NCBI GenBank assembly: GCA_963848965.1
Contig: CAWKFG010000004.1
Span: forward strand, 1 to 64,000
From: an uncultured bacterium
GTDB lineage: Bacteria > Babelota > Babeliae > Babelales > Babelaceae
Length of the DNA: 64,000 bases
Direction: 5' to 3'
The position numbers and the translations under genes were made by a program. Below, piece after piece: positions 30,812-40,851 of the stretch (positions are counted from its first letter, which is position 1; every line of letters starts with the position of its first letter). Below the pieces are notes generated by a model, which did not search any database, was not told the DNA's origin, and saw only the letters and a program-made list of their open reading frames with translations.

Positions 30812-32671
30812 TTTAAGTTCTATAACGCGCTCTGGCGTAATACGAATACGTGAACCATCTCGTTTAGTAAGTTCAAATCCCTGAAATCCTTGTTCTGTAT
30901 ATTCACATGCATGATCCTGTAAATATCTAATAGCAACCTCTTCACCTAATTCTAGACCTACACAATCTGCTCTATAATGAACTCCTGCAAATGCACGTCC
31001 ACATGCTATATTACTTGCTAATTTATCAAGCTCAGAACCTACGGTCATTGCTTCCTCACCTTCGTACCTGAGCGGTATAAGATTCGTAGGATCTGTTGGA
31101 TGTACTTTTGTAGGATTATATTTACTGTTTATTTTTACTGTATCATCAAAGAATGCCTTAATAATAGTTGTACAAGCACCGGCAACGACCGCGTGTGAAG
31201 CAGGATAAGACGGATGTACTGGTGCTCCTTGCGGGTATACCTGGCCAAGAAGATAGGTAGAAGCTTCATTAAAATTGAGCAACTGTTGTGGATCTACACT
31301 CTGCAATGACTGTTTTTCGTTTCTTTTACGTATAAGTTCAAGCACATCAACATCCTTATGAACAGCGAAAAGTGAAGAATGAAGTTTAAATTCATTGACG
31401 CCTGTTAGCCGCGCTCTATGCACAAGCCCTGCAAATGCTTCAGGACGCAACGCACGATGTATACGCCATTTTTGAGCAAATGATACCTTCATTGCTTCGT
31501 TCATACTAGTACCTACTAAACTATAGACATCTGTAAGGCCCATACTCACTAAAGGAGCTTCGTTGAGTATGCCATTTGCATTATAAGGAAATGACTTAGA
31601 AAATGGAAATCCGTAAGAGATAAGCAAAGAAACAGTGTTGTAGTATATCTCAAATGGACGATCATAATGGGTAAGGCTTGCAAGGTCACGGCCTGTTACT
31701 GGATAACGCATCTTCTTAAAGTCATAATCAGTAGCTGCATATGTCTTAGGTACGATACCATTTTGTAAAGCTACAAAGTCTTTAAATGAGACACCAAACT
31801 CTCTTTTTTGAGCGACACAGCGTAATTGCTTTGTCTCTATGGCAGCAGAAGGAAATACCTGTGATCCGCTTGCGCTAGGAAATACTAACTTTAGTGGCAT
31901 CAATAAAAATTGTGAAATATACGGTCCTATAAGATCTCCTGCAGAAGTTCCTCTAAAGAGTACTGTTTTATCAATGTGCCCCTCTTTTGTTCGAGGCCCT
32001 TTATAACTCTTTTTATCTAATGTACGCAAAACTTTAAGAGCTGTACCCGTTAATGAAGCTATCTTGCCATCAACGTCAGTACCTCCACTTGTTCCATAAT
32101 CACTAAAAAAAACGTCTCGGCACAGCGCCATAAGATAGACTTCTAGCATATTTGTAGCAGCATCAACACTTGAAAGTTCAAAAAATGGCTCTATCTTAAA
32201 AAGCGATGAATCTCCTCCTGCAGAGCTAAACATATAGGCACCTTGCGGATTAACAAGTTTTATTGTAGCTTGTGCATATCGCTTTACTTGATCAAAATCA
32301 GTTTGTTTACCAGTTCTTATTGCTTCTACAAAGCGAGCATAATTTTTTTTTCCTTCTTCAGTTAAAAGACCTGTTTTTTCATCATGCTCGAACGTTTTTG
32401 TAAAACTTGCAGCAAAAGAAGGAATTTCTCGTTCACTTTTATTAAGTCCTCCTCTTACTTGTATAGAATCTCGTAATAACAGTTGCCTACTTGCAGCACA
32501 ATTACGCCGCTTATATGCTATCAACGGCTCATCTTTATCTGCTCCTCGAAGCTCTCCACACCCATCTTGCGTAAGAATACACGCTTGTGTACTTGTACGA
32601 TTTGTATTTACCGTACTCTGCACAGTGCTCTGACAAAAAATAGTACTTAATAATAAGATAGTATACTTCAT
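30806..32671 (-). CDS. Vanadium-dependent haloperoxidase (bromoperoxidase type) with signal peptide
   Basis: GPYISQFL, QKWRIHRALRPE, HPSYPASHA, ELDKLASNI..GRAFAGVHYRAD. Confidence 0.9.
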   Translation of the reverse strand: MKYTILLLSTIFCQSTVQSTVNTNRTSTQACILTQDGCGELRGADKDEPLIAYKRRNCAASRQLLLRDSIQVRGGLNKSEREIPSFAASFTKTFEHDEKTGLLTEEGKKNYARFVEAIRTGKQTDFDQVKRYAQATIKLVNPQGAYMFSSAGGDSSLFKIEPFFELSSVDAATNMLEVYLMALCRDVFFSDYGTSGGTDVDGKIASLTGTALKVLRTLDKKSYKGPRTKEGHIDKTVLFRGTSAGDLIGPYISQFLLMPLKLVFPSASGSQVFPSAAIETKQLRCVAQKREFGVSFKDFVALQNGIVPKTYAATDYDFKKMRYPVTGRDLASLTHYDRPFEIYYNTVSLLISYGFPFSKSFPYNANGILNEAPLVSMGLTDVYSLVGTSMNEAMKVSFAQKWRIHRALRPEAFAGLVHRARLTGVNEFKLHSSLFAVHKDVDVLELIRKRNEKQSLQSVDPQQLLNFNEASTYLLGQVYPQGAPVHPSYPASHAVVAGACTTIIKAFFDDTVKINSKYNPTKVHPTDPTNLIPLRYEGEEAMTVGSELDKLASNIACGRAFAGVHYRADCVGLELGEEVAIRYLQDHACEYTEQGFQGFELTKRDGSRIRITPERVIELKK

Positions 32672-32956
32672 ATACCCCCTTTTATTAGCAGTATAGCGAA
32701 AGCAGTACTTCTCATACAATATTTAATAACCAATTAATTGTATTTATAAAATATCTTTTATGAAAATTAAATTAATTATTGTAATTTATGGCATGCTTTT
32801 GGTACAGTATATCTAAACAGGAAAACCAAAAGTATAAAGGATCGTATGAAAAAGCATCTTATATGGTTGCTCGCACTTTGCGTTATAGCACAATGGTATG
32901 TAAAAAGTACTCTTACTCCACAGGTAAAGCCCCTTATGAAAGAGCAACAAACCCAA

Positions 32957-33568
32957 TCACTGAAAAAATCCAAGCTCGGTTAGCGCTTCGCGCAGTTCAA
33001 ATAAAGGGAGCCCTAGAATTGTTGAATAAGACCCTTCCACTTTCTCTAAAAACTGCATACCAAATGCTTCAATCGTTATTCCTCCTGTTGCATGTAATGC
33101 ACCAGAGCTCTGAATATAAATATCAAGCCATTCATCAGGAACATTAAATACACAGTAAGCTGACACTGCACGAACAACACGGTGTTCTGTCTGCCAGCTT
33201 TTATCTTTGTAGAGTTTTTTATCAAGACAAAAACCGGTACTTACTAGAGATCCTGCACGAAGAGCTCTAATTTTTTCTTTTGCATCATTATAATCATGCG
33301 GTTTGCCATGAATAACACCCTGCATATCCACTGAAAGCGTATCTGCAGAAAGAACAAAAAGCTTATCTTCTTGTACTGAAGGTAGCACTGCATGCTCCAT
33401 TTTATGCAACGCAATAGTACTGACTAACTGCTCAAGAGGCAATGTATGATCTACAGCTAATTCATCGGCATGTTGTTCAATAGTGTGAAAGGGAATAGCA
33501 GAAAGGGATAAAAGATTTTTCCTTGATTGGGAACTGGAAGCAAGATAAAGAGGGAAACGAGGATGCAT
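32957..33568 (-). CDS. maf: Maf family nucleotide pyrophosphatase
   Basis: LYLASSSQSRKNLL, SADT, GKP, VEGSYSTILGLPL. Confidence 0.92.
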   Translation of the reverse strand: MHPRFPLYLASSSQSRKNLLSLSAIPFHTIEQHADELAVDHTLPLEQLVSTIALHKMEHAVLPSVQEDKLFVLSADTLSVDMQGVIHGKPHDYNDAKEKIRALRAGSLVSTGFCLDKKLYKDKSWQTEHRVVRAVSAYCVFNVPDEWLDIYIQSSGALHATGGITIEAFGMQFLEKVEGSYSTILGLPLFELREALTELGFFQ

Positions 33569-33584
33569 ATACGAACCGTTTGAA

Positions 33585-33659
33585 TGGCTGGGGTGGAAGG
33601 ATTCGAACCTCCGCATGCCAGGACCAAAACCTGGTGCCTTACCGCTTGGCTACACCCCA
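33585..33659 (-). tRNA. tRNA-Gln (TTG)
   Basis: Minus strand TGGGGTGTAGCCAAGCGGTAAGGCACCAGG-TTTTGGT-CCTGG...GTTCGAATCC...CACCCCAGCCA. Confidence 0.97.
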
Positions 33660-33671
33660 ATGGCGTGTAAT

Positions 33672-33935
33672 CTATTCTTGTGAAGCAGTCTTTGAGTACT
33701 CGTTAATAACGGTATCCTCAATAGTTTTACGCATCTCTGAATTAAGAGGATGGACAATATCTCTAAAAGAACCATCTTTGCGACGCCGTGAAGGCATAGA
33801 AACAAAGAGCCCTTTATGGCCTTCAATAACTTTTAGATCGCGCACAATAAAGCAGTTTTCAAAGACAATAGTTGCATATGCCTTAAGACGGCCGCTTTCT
33901 GTTGCTGGATATACCTTTACTTCTGTAATTCTCAT
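33672..33935 (-). CDS. spoVG: SpoVG family nucleic-acid-binding regulator
   Basis: MRITEVKV...LKAYATI...IEGHKGLFVSMPSR...FRDIVHPLN. Confidence 0.96.
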   Translation of the reverse strand: MRITEVKVYPATESGRLKAYATIVFENCFIVRDLKVIEGHKGLFVSMPSRRRKDGSFRDIVHPLNSEMRKTIEDTVINEYSKTASQE

Positions 33936-34101
33936 GAAGCTTCCTTAAAAGTAGCTGTATATACTACTGTTGTTATCTACCTATAGGTATTACTAGTATT
34001 ATTGTACCTTATTCACTACGTTTGTCAACATTTTACCTACGTCTATCATCTATTTTCTTGAGCTTCTATTTTATTACCTTTGAGCATATTTGTATATACC
34101 A

Positions 34102-34130
34102 TTGACACACTTTTCTGTAAAACTTATACT
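34102..34130 (+). promoter_or_regulatory. sigma70-type promoter; a divergent spoVG promoter lies at about 34001-34028
   Basis: TTGACA-17-TATACT on the plus strand; TTGACA-16-TACAAT on the minus strand. Confidence 0.7.
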
Positions 34131-34205
34131 TAATGCAATTAGCATTAATTCCAACAACGCCTCCTGAGGAGTCATCGAAGGCTCTTACAGTATAAAGGAC
34201 CTATC

Positions 34206-35348
34206 TTGAAATACACATTTTTACTTATTCTCTGTTTTTCACTGTTCTTCTCAGCACGAGCAATGGAAAAAATGGACCAGACTCTACCACAATTACCGGC
34301 AGAAATTATAGTATCCATCATGCAGTACCTTAAGGGAGATGATAGAGCATTAAACTTCTTAGCAAGACTCTATGGATTTTCACACGATAGTGCAAGAGAG
34401 ATAGTCGATGCATTTCTTCAAAGAATTCCCTATTATCCGATAACTGATGCTCGAATAGAAGATCTTTTAAAGCTTCACTTTAATACGTTCAGCATGGCTC
34501 TACATAAACAAGTAAAAGAATATATTGTGCCTGCCTTAAAACACCATAGGAATACTCATCCAGTTCGCACGGTACTACACCAGAAAGATTTTGATCAATT
34601 GAGAAAAATGATAAATTTCATAAATATTAACTTGTTTGAAAAAACAGATCCTATGATATCTTACACAAAACAAGAGAAACGTGCTATAAAAAATGCCCTT
34701 TGTACTACTTATAAGTCATTTTCACGCAAGCAACATGGATCACTAAAAGACTGCTCCGAGCAACAGCTTTTAGATCACGCTCATGATCTTACTCGTCTCA
34801 TAGAGGAGTTACAGGTGTGCTGTACTACTCTTACAACATGGCAAAATGCTTATACAACCAAAAACTTTTATAAGTATTTTCCTGTTTTTCTTATGCCATT
34901 ATTAGCATTAGATATAGCGCTTGCTCTTTACTTGTATGGTAGCGAAACATCAGTAGAGCATCCTCTTACTTTTGCTGTAGGAACATGTTTATTCGGAGGA
35001 ATTTTAATAACAAGCTTTTTTTATAAGAAGCTTTTAAATCACTCTGTTTTTTGGTCTATTTTCTCTAGTATGTACTTAATAGCATTACGAGCTTATTGTT
35101 CAAGTCAACAGTACTCAAAGGCTCATGCTCTATGGCCTCTAGGTGTGATAGCATTTGCAGGAACTTTACTCTTTATGCCGGTTATCACAGATGAAGCAGC
35201 CCGACGAGCATTTATAATACCACCTCTGCTTAATCGCTGGTCCGCTACAAGTTATCCAAGGCTTCTTCAGTCTTTTCAAGAACTTATAAAGGATCTAAGA
35301 AGAGCACAAGAAAATACAATGGCTATTCACACATTAGTTCAAGAGTAG
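34206..35348 (+). CDS. Secreted F-box-like protein with C-terminal TM helices
   Basis: TTG start with RBS AAGGA; signal then RAMEK; LPQLPAEIIVSIMQYL; about four hydrophobic segments. Confidence 0.75.
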   Translation: MKYTFLLILCFSLFFSARAMEKMDQTLPQLPAEIIVSIMQYLKGDDRALNFLARLYGFSHDSAREIVDAFLQRIPYYPITDARIEDLLKLHFNTFSMALHKQVKEYIVPALKHHRNTHPVRTVLHQKDFDQLRKMINFININLFEKTDPMISYTKQEKRAIKNALCTTYKSFSRKQHGSLKDCSEQQLLDHAHDLTRLIEELQVCCTTLTTWQNAYTTKNFYKYFPVFLMPLLALDIALALYLYGSETSVEHPLTFAVGTCLFGGILITSFFYKKLLNHSVFWSIFSSMYLIALRAYCSSQQYSKAHALWPLGVIAFAGTLLFMPVITDEAARRAFIIPPLLNRWSATSYPRLLQSFQELIKDLRRAQENTMAIHTLVQE

Positions 35349-35393
35349 CCTTTCTAGAAAGCTTAGCGTCTCCTTGAAAACCTACAGCTTGTC

Positions 35394-36290
35394 CTATAAA
35401 GAACGCATTTTCCTTTCAGCAGCTCTTAATTTTGCAGATCGAGCTGAAGGGTTTCTGGAAAGCTCTTCTGAAGATGCTATTACTATATGCTTAGTAAGAA
35501 TAGCAAACACATCAGAATGTGCTTTAAAAAATTGTTTTACAATACGATCTTCTAAAGAATGAAAGCTAATACATACTAAGCGGCCAGAGTCCTCAAGAAT
35601 ATCAGGAGCCTGTGTTAATAATGACTTTATATTATTAAGTTCATCATTGACAAATATTCGTAGTGCTTGAAACACTTTTGTAGCAGGATGAATTTTCCTG
35701 CTATAAGGAGGAATAACTTTCTGTATAAGCTCTGCAAGCTGCCCTGTAGTTTTTAGAGGGCCATACTCTTTACGGTAAGCTACTATAGCACGAGCAATCT
35801 TGCGCGATTGATGCTCTTCGCCAAGGGTATAAAAAATATCAGCAAGCTCCTGTTCAGGTGCTTTATTAACTACCTCAGCTGCAGTAGTTTTATAATGCCC
35901 TGGGGACATACGCATATCTAACGGAGTATCTGCAGAAAATGAAAATCCTGCACGCTGCGTTATCTGAAATTGAGAAGTACCAAAATCTGCAAGAATGCCA
36001 TCAACACGAGCTATTTTAAGCTTTTTAAGCAAGGGAATTATATGAGCAAAGTTACCCCACTGTAAGATAAGACGATCGCCAAACTGTTCTTGCAATGGAG
36101 GACCATTAAGCTCTATCGCTTTTACATCCCAATCAAATGCAATAACACGACAGGTAGGTTCAGCTTCTAAAATAGCTCTTGTATGTCCGCCGCCCCCAAA
36201 TGTTGCATCGACATACACTTTGTGTGGACGAGGAGAAAGATAGGTTAAAACTTCATTAACAAGAACGGGCTTATGATATACTTCGCTCAT
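35394..36290 (-). CDS. rsmH: 16S rRNA m4C1402 methyltransferase
   Basis: HKPVL, DATFGGGGH, PLDMRM, FQALRIFVNDEL, ISFHSLEDRIVK, ARSAKLR. Confidence 0.98.
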   Translation of the reverse strand: MSEVYHKPVLVNEVLTYLSPRPHKVYVDATFGGGGHTRAILEAEPTCRVIAFDWDVKAIELNGPPLQEQFGDRLILQWGNFAHIIPLLKKLKIARVDGILADFGTSQFQITQRAGFSFSADTPLDMRMSPGHYKTTAAEVVNKAPEQELADIFYTLGEEHQSRKIARAIVAYRKEYGPLKTTGQLAELIQKVIPPYSRKIHPATKVFQALRIFVNDELNNIKSLLTQAPDILEDSGRLVCISFHSLEDRIVKQFFKAHSDVFAILTKHIVIASSEELSRNPSARSAKLRAAERKMRSL

Positions 36291-36304
36291 GCACAATCCT
36301 TAAA

Positions 36305-36329
36305 AAAAGGTGACTTCTCGTCACCTTTT
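36305..36329. terminator. Hairpin between murF and rsmH
   Basis: AAAAGGTGAC-TTCTC-GTCACCTTTT. Confidence 0.65.
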
Positions 36330-36332
36330 ATT

Positions 36333-37730
36333 TTACAAAGTAGTTTCAGCAAGCTCGCTTACAAGGCGAGAAAGCTGGGTACCATGAGAGCCTTTTACAA
36401 GGATAACAGCTTCTCTATCAAGTCTCTTTTTCAAGAGTTCGGTAGCTTCTTGCCAATTTGCTACATGCTCAAACGTGATACCAAGTGGTACTGTTGCTTT
36501 TGTCCATCGTACAAAGTCACCTACCAATATAACGTGGTTGAGTGAAGGAACTTTGCGTAAGAATCTTCCCAATTGGCGATGCCAGAATGGACTATTAACA
36601 CCAAGCTCTAGCATATCTCCAAGAACAGCAATTTTCTGTCCTTTTGATTCTACTTTCTCAAATGCCAATAATGCAGCTTTCATACTTTCAGGACTTGCAT
36701 TATAACAGTCATTAATTAAAATGCCTCGTGCAGCTTTCAATTGTTTCTGCTCAAATCTTCCTGAGATACGTAATGGCATTTGAATACCTTTGACAATAAT
36801 TTCAGAAGGAACATTTAATAAATATGCGGCTGCTGATGAAGCAAGAGCATTAATAACACGCCCTGCATGATTAGTATCAAGCACAATTCTATGGCGCTCT
36901 TTATAAAGCTTTAACACAAAATATGTTTGTGTATTATTTGATTGTATTTTACGAGCTTGTACTTGATTAATAGTCTTACATCCAAAGCGTACCATAGGAT
37001 GACTATATGATATATTAGATAAAATAGATTGATCACCGTTAATAATACCGATATTATCTTCTTTGAAAAACTTGAAAATATCCCGTTTTTCATGTGCAAT
37101 ATCTGCTAATGAGCCAAGTCCTTCCATATGACTGTGACCAATAGCAGTAATAATAGCAGCTGTCGGACGTACGAGCTCGGCCATACGAGCCATCTCACCC
37201 CGTTTGCTGATACCCATCTCAAAAATTGCTACCTCATGCTCTGAACGCATTCGCAAGATATTAAGCGAGAGTCCTAAAGCAGTATTTTGATTGCCTTGAG
37301 AAACCACAAACTTTTTATTATAGAGACCCAAAATATGAGAGAGCATCTCTTTGGTAGAAGTTTTTCCGATTGAGCCGGTTATACCTATTACAGGATACTT
37401 AAAGAAACTGCGCCATGCGGCAGCAAGCTTAAACAGTGCTTCCTGAGTATTTGGTACTATTGCCACAAAGATTTTTTTAAGAAGAACAGGATCTATAGTC
37501 TTAAGAACACTTTCGCGTTCCTTATTAATAATAAGACCTGCAGCTCCTTTTTGTAATGCTTCACCAATAAAGTCATGTCCATCGACCTGACTTCCCTTAA
37601 GCGCTACAAAAAGTTCTCCTTTATTTACTTGACGCGAGTCTATAGTTACCTCGCATACCTCTGGCATCTGCACACCAAGAAATGACACATCTGGCACTAC
37701 AGATTTAAAAAATTGCTGGTCAAAACGCAT
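36333..37730 (-). CDS. murF: UDP-MurNAc-tripeptide:D-Ala-D-Ala ligase
   Basis: DSRQV..GELFVALKG..DGHDF, GITGSIGKTSTKEM, NDCYNASPESM, LGDMLELG, LVKGS. Confidence 0.96.
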   Translation of the reverse strand: MRFDQQFFKSVVPDVSFLGVQMPEVCEVTIDSRQVNKGELFVALKGSQVDGHDFIGEALQKGAAGLIINKERESVLKTIDPVLLKKIFVAIVPNTQEALFKLAAAWRSFFKYPVIGITGSIGKTSTKEMLSHILGLYNKKFVVSQGNQNTALGLSLNILRMRSEHEVAIFEMGISKRGEMARMAELVRPTAAIITAIGHSHMEGLGSLADIAHEKRDIFKFFKEDNIGIINGDQSILSNISYSHPMVRFGCKTINQVQARKIQSNNTQTYFVLKLYKERHRIVLDTNHAGRVINALASSAAAYLLNVPSEIIVKGIQMPLRISGRFEQKQLKAARGILINDCYNASPESMKAALLAFEKVESKGQKIAVLGDMLELGVNSPFWHRQLGRFLRKVPSLNHVILVGDFVRWTKATVPLGITFEHVANWQEATELLKKRLDREAVILVKGSHGTQLSRLVSELAETTL

Positions 37731-37970
37731 TGCTGAACTCCACGCCTTAGAAAGAAACATGTTATAGTGTGATACGAAGATAAAATGGCGCTATTTTTAA
37801 CATTTGTCAAGAATCGAAACTAAAATATATCTACCATACAAGATAGCTTTTATTTTTATTTCTTGCAACCCCTGATTCTATTTTTAACACTTTTCTATCC
37901 AAATAAAAATTTTTAAAAAGATCTAAAAACTTTTAGGGACTCTTACTATACCTCAAGTAATCCTGTATTG

Positions 37971-40133
37971 TCAAATTTTATTTGAAAAATTGTTATTTTC
38001 TACTAGCTCTTTTACTACCTTGCGCATCTTGGATCCATCATGAGGCATAATATACCCTTGACTTTCTAATTGGTCAATAAGACGAGCAGAACGATTATAA
38101 CCTATTCTAAAAGCACGTTGAAGAAGCGAGATAGAAACTTCATTTTTTTGCGAGATAAATGAAAGCACTTCTTCATAGAGATCGTCATCGCACTCTTCCT
38201 CTTGTACTGTCGTTGTCGTAAGCGGTATATATTCAACTGTTTGTTGTGCCTTAATATGCTTTACTACTGCCATAATTTCTTCTTCTGTTACATAAGCACC
38301 ATGCACACGACTTAAGGATCCTTTGGTATCTAAGAATAGCATATCTCCTTTTCCAAGAAGTTTTTCGGCACCTGTCATGTCAATAATAGTTCTTGAGTCA
38401 ACCTTTGACGTTACTTTGAATGCAACACGGCTTGGAAAATTTACCTTAATAAGCCCTGTAATAACATCAACAGACGGTCGTTGAGTTGCTGTAATCATAT
38501 GAATACCTGCAGCACGTGCCATTTGCGCAAGGCGCGCAATAAGATGCTCTATATCTTTACCAGCAGTCATCATAAGATCTGCAAGCTCGTCAATTATAAT
38601 GACAATAAATGGTAGAAGCTCTTCATTTTTTTCTTCAACAGAAGCATTATATTCAATTATATTGCGTACTCCTTTGGTAGCCATAAGAGTATACCGATCT
38701 TCCATCGCTTTAACTGCCCAGCGCAGTGCAGTAAGGGCACGTGCAGGATCTGTAATAATAGGAAATAACAGATGAGCACAATCAGTATAAGAAGAAAATT
38801 CAAGACGCTTCGGATCAATTAAGATGCAGCGCATCTCTTGTGGTGTTTTGCTACACAGTAAGCTCATAAACATCGCATGTAACCCTACAGATTTACCAGA
38901 ACCTGTAGAGCCTGCTACAAGAAGGTGGGGCATCGTTGCTAAATCTATAACAACGTTAGCTCCTAACGTATCTTTTCCTAAAATAAGGGGTAATGAACCT
39001 TTAAAATGTACAAAATGGTCACTGCGAATAAGTTCAGAAAATAGTACTGCTCTGCGCTTACTATGTGCAACTTCAAAACCGATAACCGAACGACCTGGAA
39101 TAGGTGCAATGATACGTAAACTCAATGCTTGAAGAGCAAGAGCAAGATCATCCTCTCGAGCGAGAATGGTACTAATTTTTGTATCAATAGACGGTTGATA
39201 TTCAAAAAGAGTAACGACAGGGCCATGAGTAATAGCAACTACTTTGCCTTCAATACCAAATCGTTCTAGTTTATGTTCAAGCGCACGTGCTTGCTGTTCA
39301 CTTTCAGCTTGTGCTGCTTTATCTACACTGCTTTCTTTTATTACTTTTCCTTCTGGATGTGGTAACTTATAACCACGTCGTAACTGCTCAGGAGTTTCAT
39401 CTTTTTCAACACGTTTTTCAACAAGCGGTACTACTTTCTTTTCTACTTGTATACTATATGCTGGATTTATATAGGTTCCCCAAAAAGGATCTTCGTAAAT
39501 AGTACTCTCTTGCGTATCTTTATCAGATAAGCCTGGAAGTATACGAGCGCTATATGCTCGTACTTTTTCATAACCATAGCTTACGAGTGCTTGTACCTTC
39601 TTAAGACCGTACATACAAAAAGAAAGGAGCGGTGCAAGATATACAATCCACGAAAATTGCATGAGTACAATAAGCATAGACCACAATGCTATAAAAAGAA
39701 ACATATCTGCCATCTTTTCATCAAGAAGAGCGAAGAGCATGCGAGAGCCTACAGTTCCTACTGCTCCTCCAGGACACACGCACGTAAAGAGCTCAAAGGA
39801 ATATCGGTGTGCTATTGTACTACATAGTGGTATACTTACCAGTAGAGTACCTATATGGCTTTTTTTAATAGAACCTCGAGGCCAAAGACATCGCATAGCA
39901 TAAAGACCGAACATTATACTCAAGAGCAAAGCAGAGCTTCCTAAAAAATAAAGCAAAAAGCCAGCGATACGCGCCTGCATATATTCAATACCGCCAAGAG
40001 CAGAAGATACCTCTGTAGTATCATAGAGCAATGAAGGAGTATAAGGATTATAGGTCACTAAAGAAAAAAGTAGTAAAAGAGCAAAGCTCATACTTATAGT
40101 AAAAGTAACCCACCGTTTTACAAGAGCAAACAT
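37971..40133 (-). CDS. ftsK: DNA translocase FtsK
   Basis: N-terminal TMs, PHLLVAGSTGSGKS, IIDELADLMM, ATQRPSVDVITG, gamma domain SISLLQR..IGYNRSAR. Confidence 0.97.
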   Translation of the reverse strand: MFALVKRWVTFTISMSFALLLLFSLVTYNPYTPSLLYDTTEVSSALGGIEYMQARIAGFLLYFLGSSALLLSIMFGLYAMRCLWPRGSIKKSHIGTLLVSIPLCSTIAHRYSFELFTCVCPGGAVGTVGSRMLFALLDEKMADMFLFIALWSMLIVLMQFSWIVYLAPLLSFCMYGLKKVQALVSYGYEKVRAYSARILPGLSDKDTQESTIYEDPFWGTYINPAYSIQVEKKVVPLVEKRVEKDETPEQLRRGYKLPHPEGKVIKESSVDKAAQAESEQQARALEHKLERFGIEGKVVAITHGPVVTLFEYQPSIDTKISTILAREDDLALALQALSLRIIAPIPGRSVIGFEVAHSKRRAVLFSELIRSDHFVHFKGSLPLILGKDTLGANVVIDLATMPHLLVAGSTGSGKSVGLHAMFMSLLCSKTPQEMRCILIDPKRLEFSSYTDCAHLLFPIITDPARALTALRWAVKAMEDRYTLMATKGVRNIIEYNASVEEKNEELLPFIVIIIDELADLMMTAGKDIEHLIARLAQMARAAGIHMITATQRPSVDVITGLIKVNFPSRVAFKVTSKVDSRTIIDMTGAEKLLGKGDMLFLDTKGSLSRVHGAYVTEEEIMAVVKHIKAQQTVEYIPLTTTTVQEEECDDDLYEEVLSFISQKNEVSISLLQRAFRIGYNRSARLIDQLESQGYIMPHDGSKMRKVVKELVENNNFSNKI

Positions 40134-40360
40134 AGTTCCCTCCTCTTTTTTGTTTCAGTGTACTGTATACTACTTCTTCAGCACAAGATCCTTTATGATA
40201 CTTCCACACTTTATGTCGCTGCTTACTAGAATAACGCCAGACGATTTAATAAAATATTCGGTTAAAAAAGAGCAGCACTACATTGAATTATTGACAAAAA
40301 AAAAATATATCCCATACTAAATTGTATATAAAAGCTTATAAACAATTAAAGGAGCACTTC

Positions 40361-40849
40361 ATGTATTATAATTTACTTATTGCTTATCTGTTACTCGGTA
40401 TCTCTGTTTTTGCGATGGATACTCAGTCAATGCTTTCAGAACCTCTGTTAGAAAATGACCATCTTGCTTTACAAGCTCCTATGCTTGGCAAAAAAGAGGA
40501 TATTGAAAAAAGGTTTATAGAAGCAGCAAAGCAAGGATCTATTGAATCCGTTGAATTTTATCTAAAGCGGCAAGTAAACGTTCATGCACGTCAAGATAAA
40601 GCATTACGTAGAGCAGCACGAAATGGACACCTGCAAACTGTTCTTCTTCTTTTACAGTATGGTGCGAATATACATGCAAAAAATAAGTATGCTCTACTCT
40701 GGGCACAAAAAAATAACCATCGAGCGGTTGCCGAACATTTGATTACTCTTAGCAGAGATGTACATGCGGTCCACAAGCAGCAATCTCAAGAAGTTTTTTC
40801 TTCACCATCAGAGAGTACATGCTGTTGCATCTCCTGCAATTTACTATAG
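40361..40849 (+). CDS. Secreted ankyrin-repeat protein ending in a Cys cluster and CaaX box
   Basis: Signal then FAMDT; ALRRAARNGHLQTVLLLLQYGANIHA; C-terminus TCCCISCNLL*. Confidence 0.85.
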   Translation: MYYNLLIAYLLLGISVFAMDTQSMLSEPLLENDHLALQAPMLGKKEDIEKRFIEAAKQGSIESVEFYLKRQVNVHARQDKALRRAARNGHLQTVLLLLQYGANIHAKNKYALLWAQKNNHRAVAEHLITLSRDVHAVHKQQSQEVFSSPSESTCCCISCNLL

Positions 40850-40851
40850 CG

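Noticed and set aside
32776..33948. ORFs 32776..32973, 32788..33147, 33457..33660 and 33523..33948
   Set aside because: They overlap maf, tRNA-Gln or spoVG or lack recognisable features; 32788 could be a short real gene but is unsupported.
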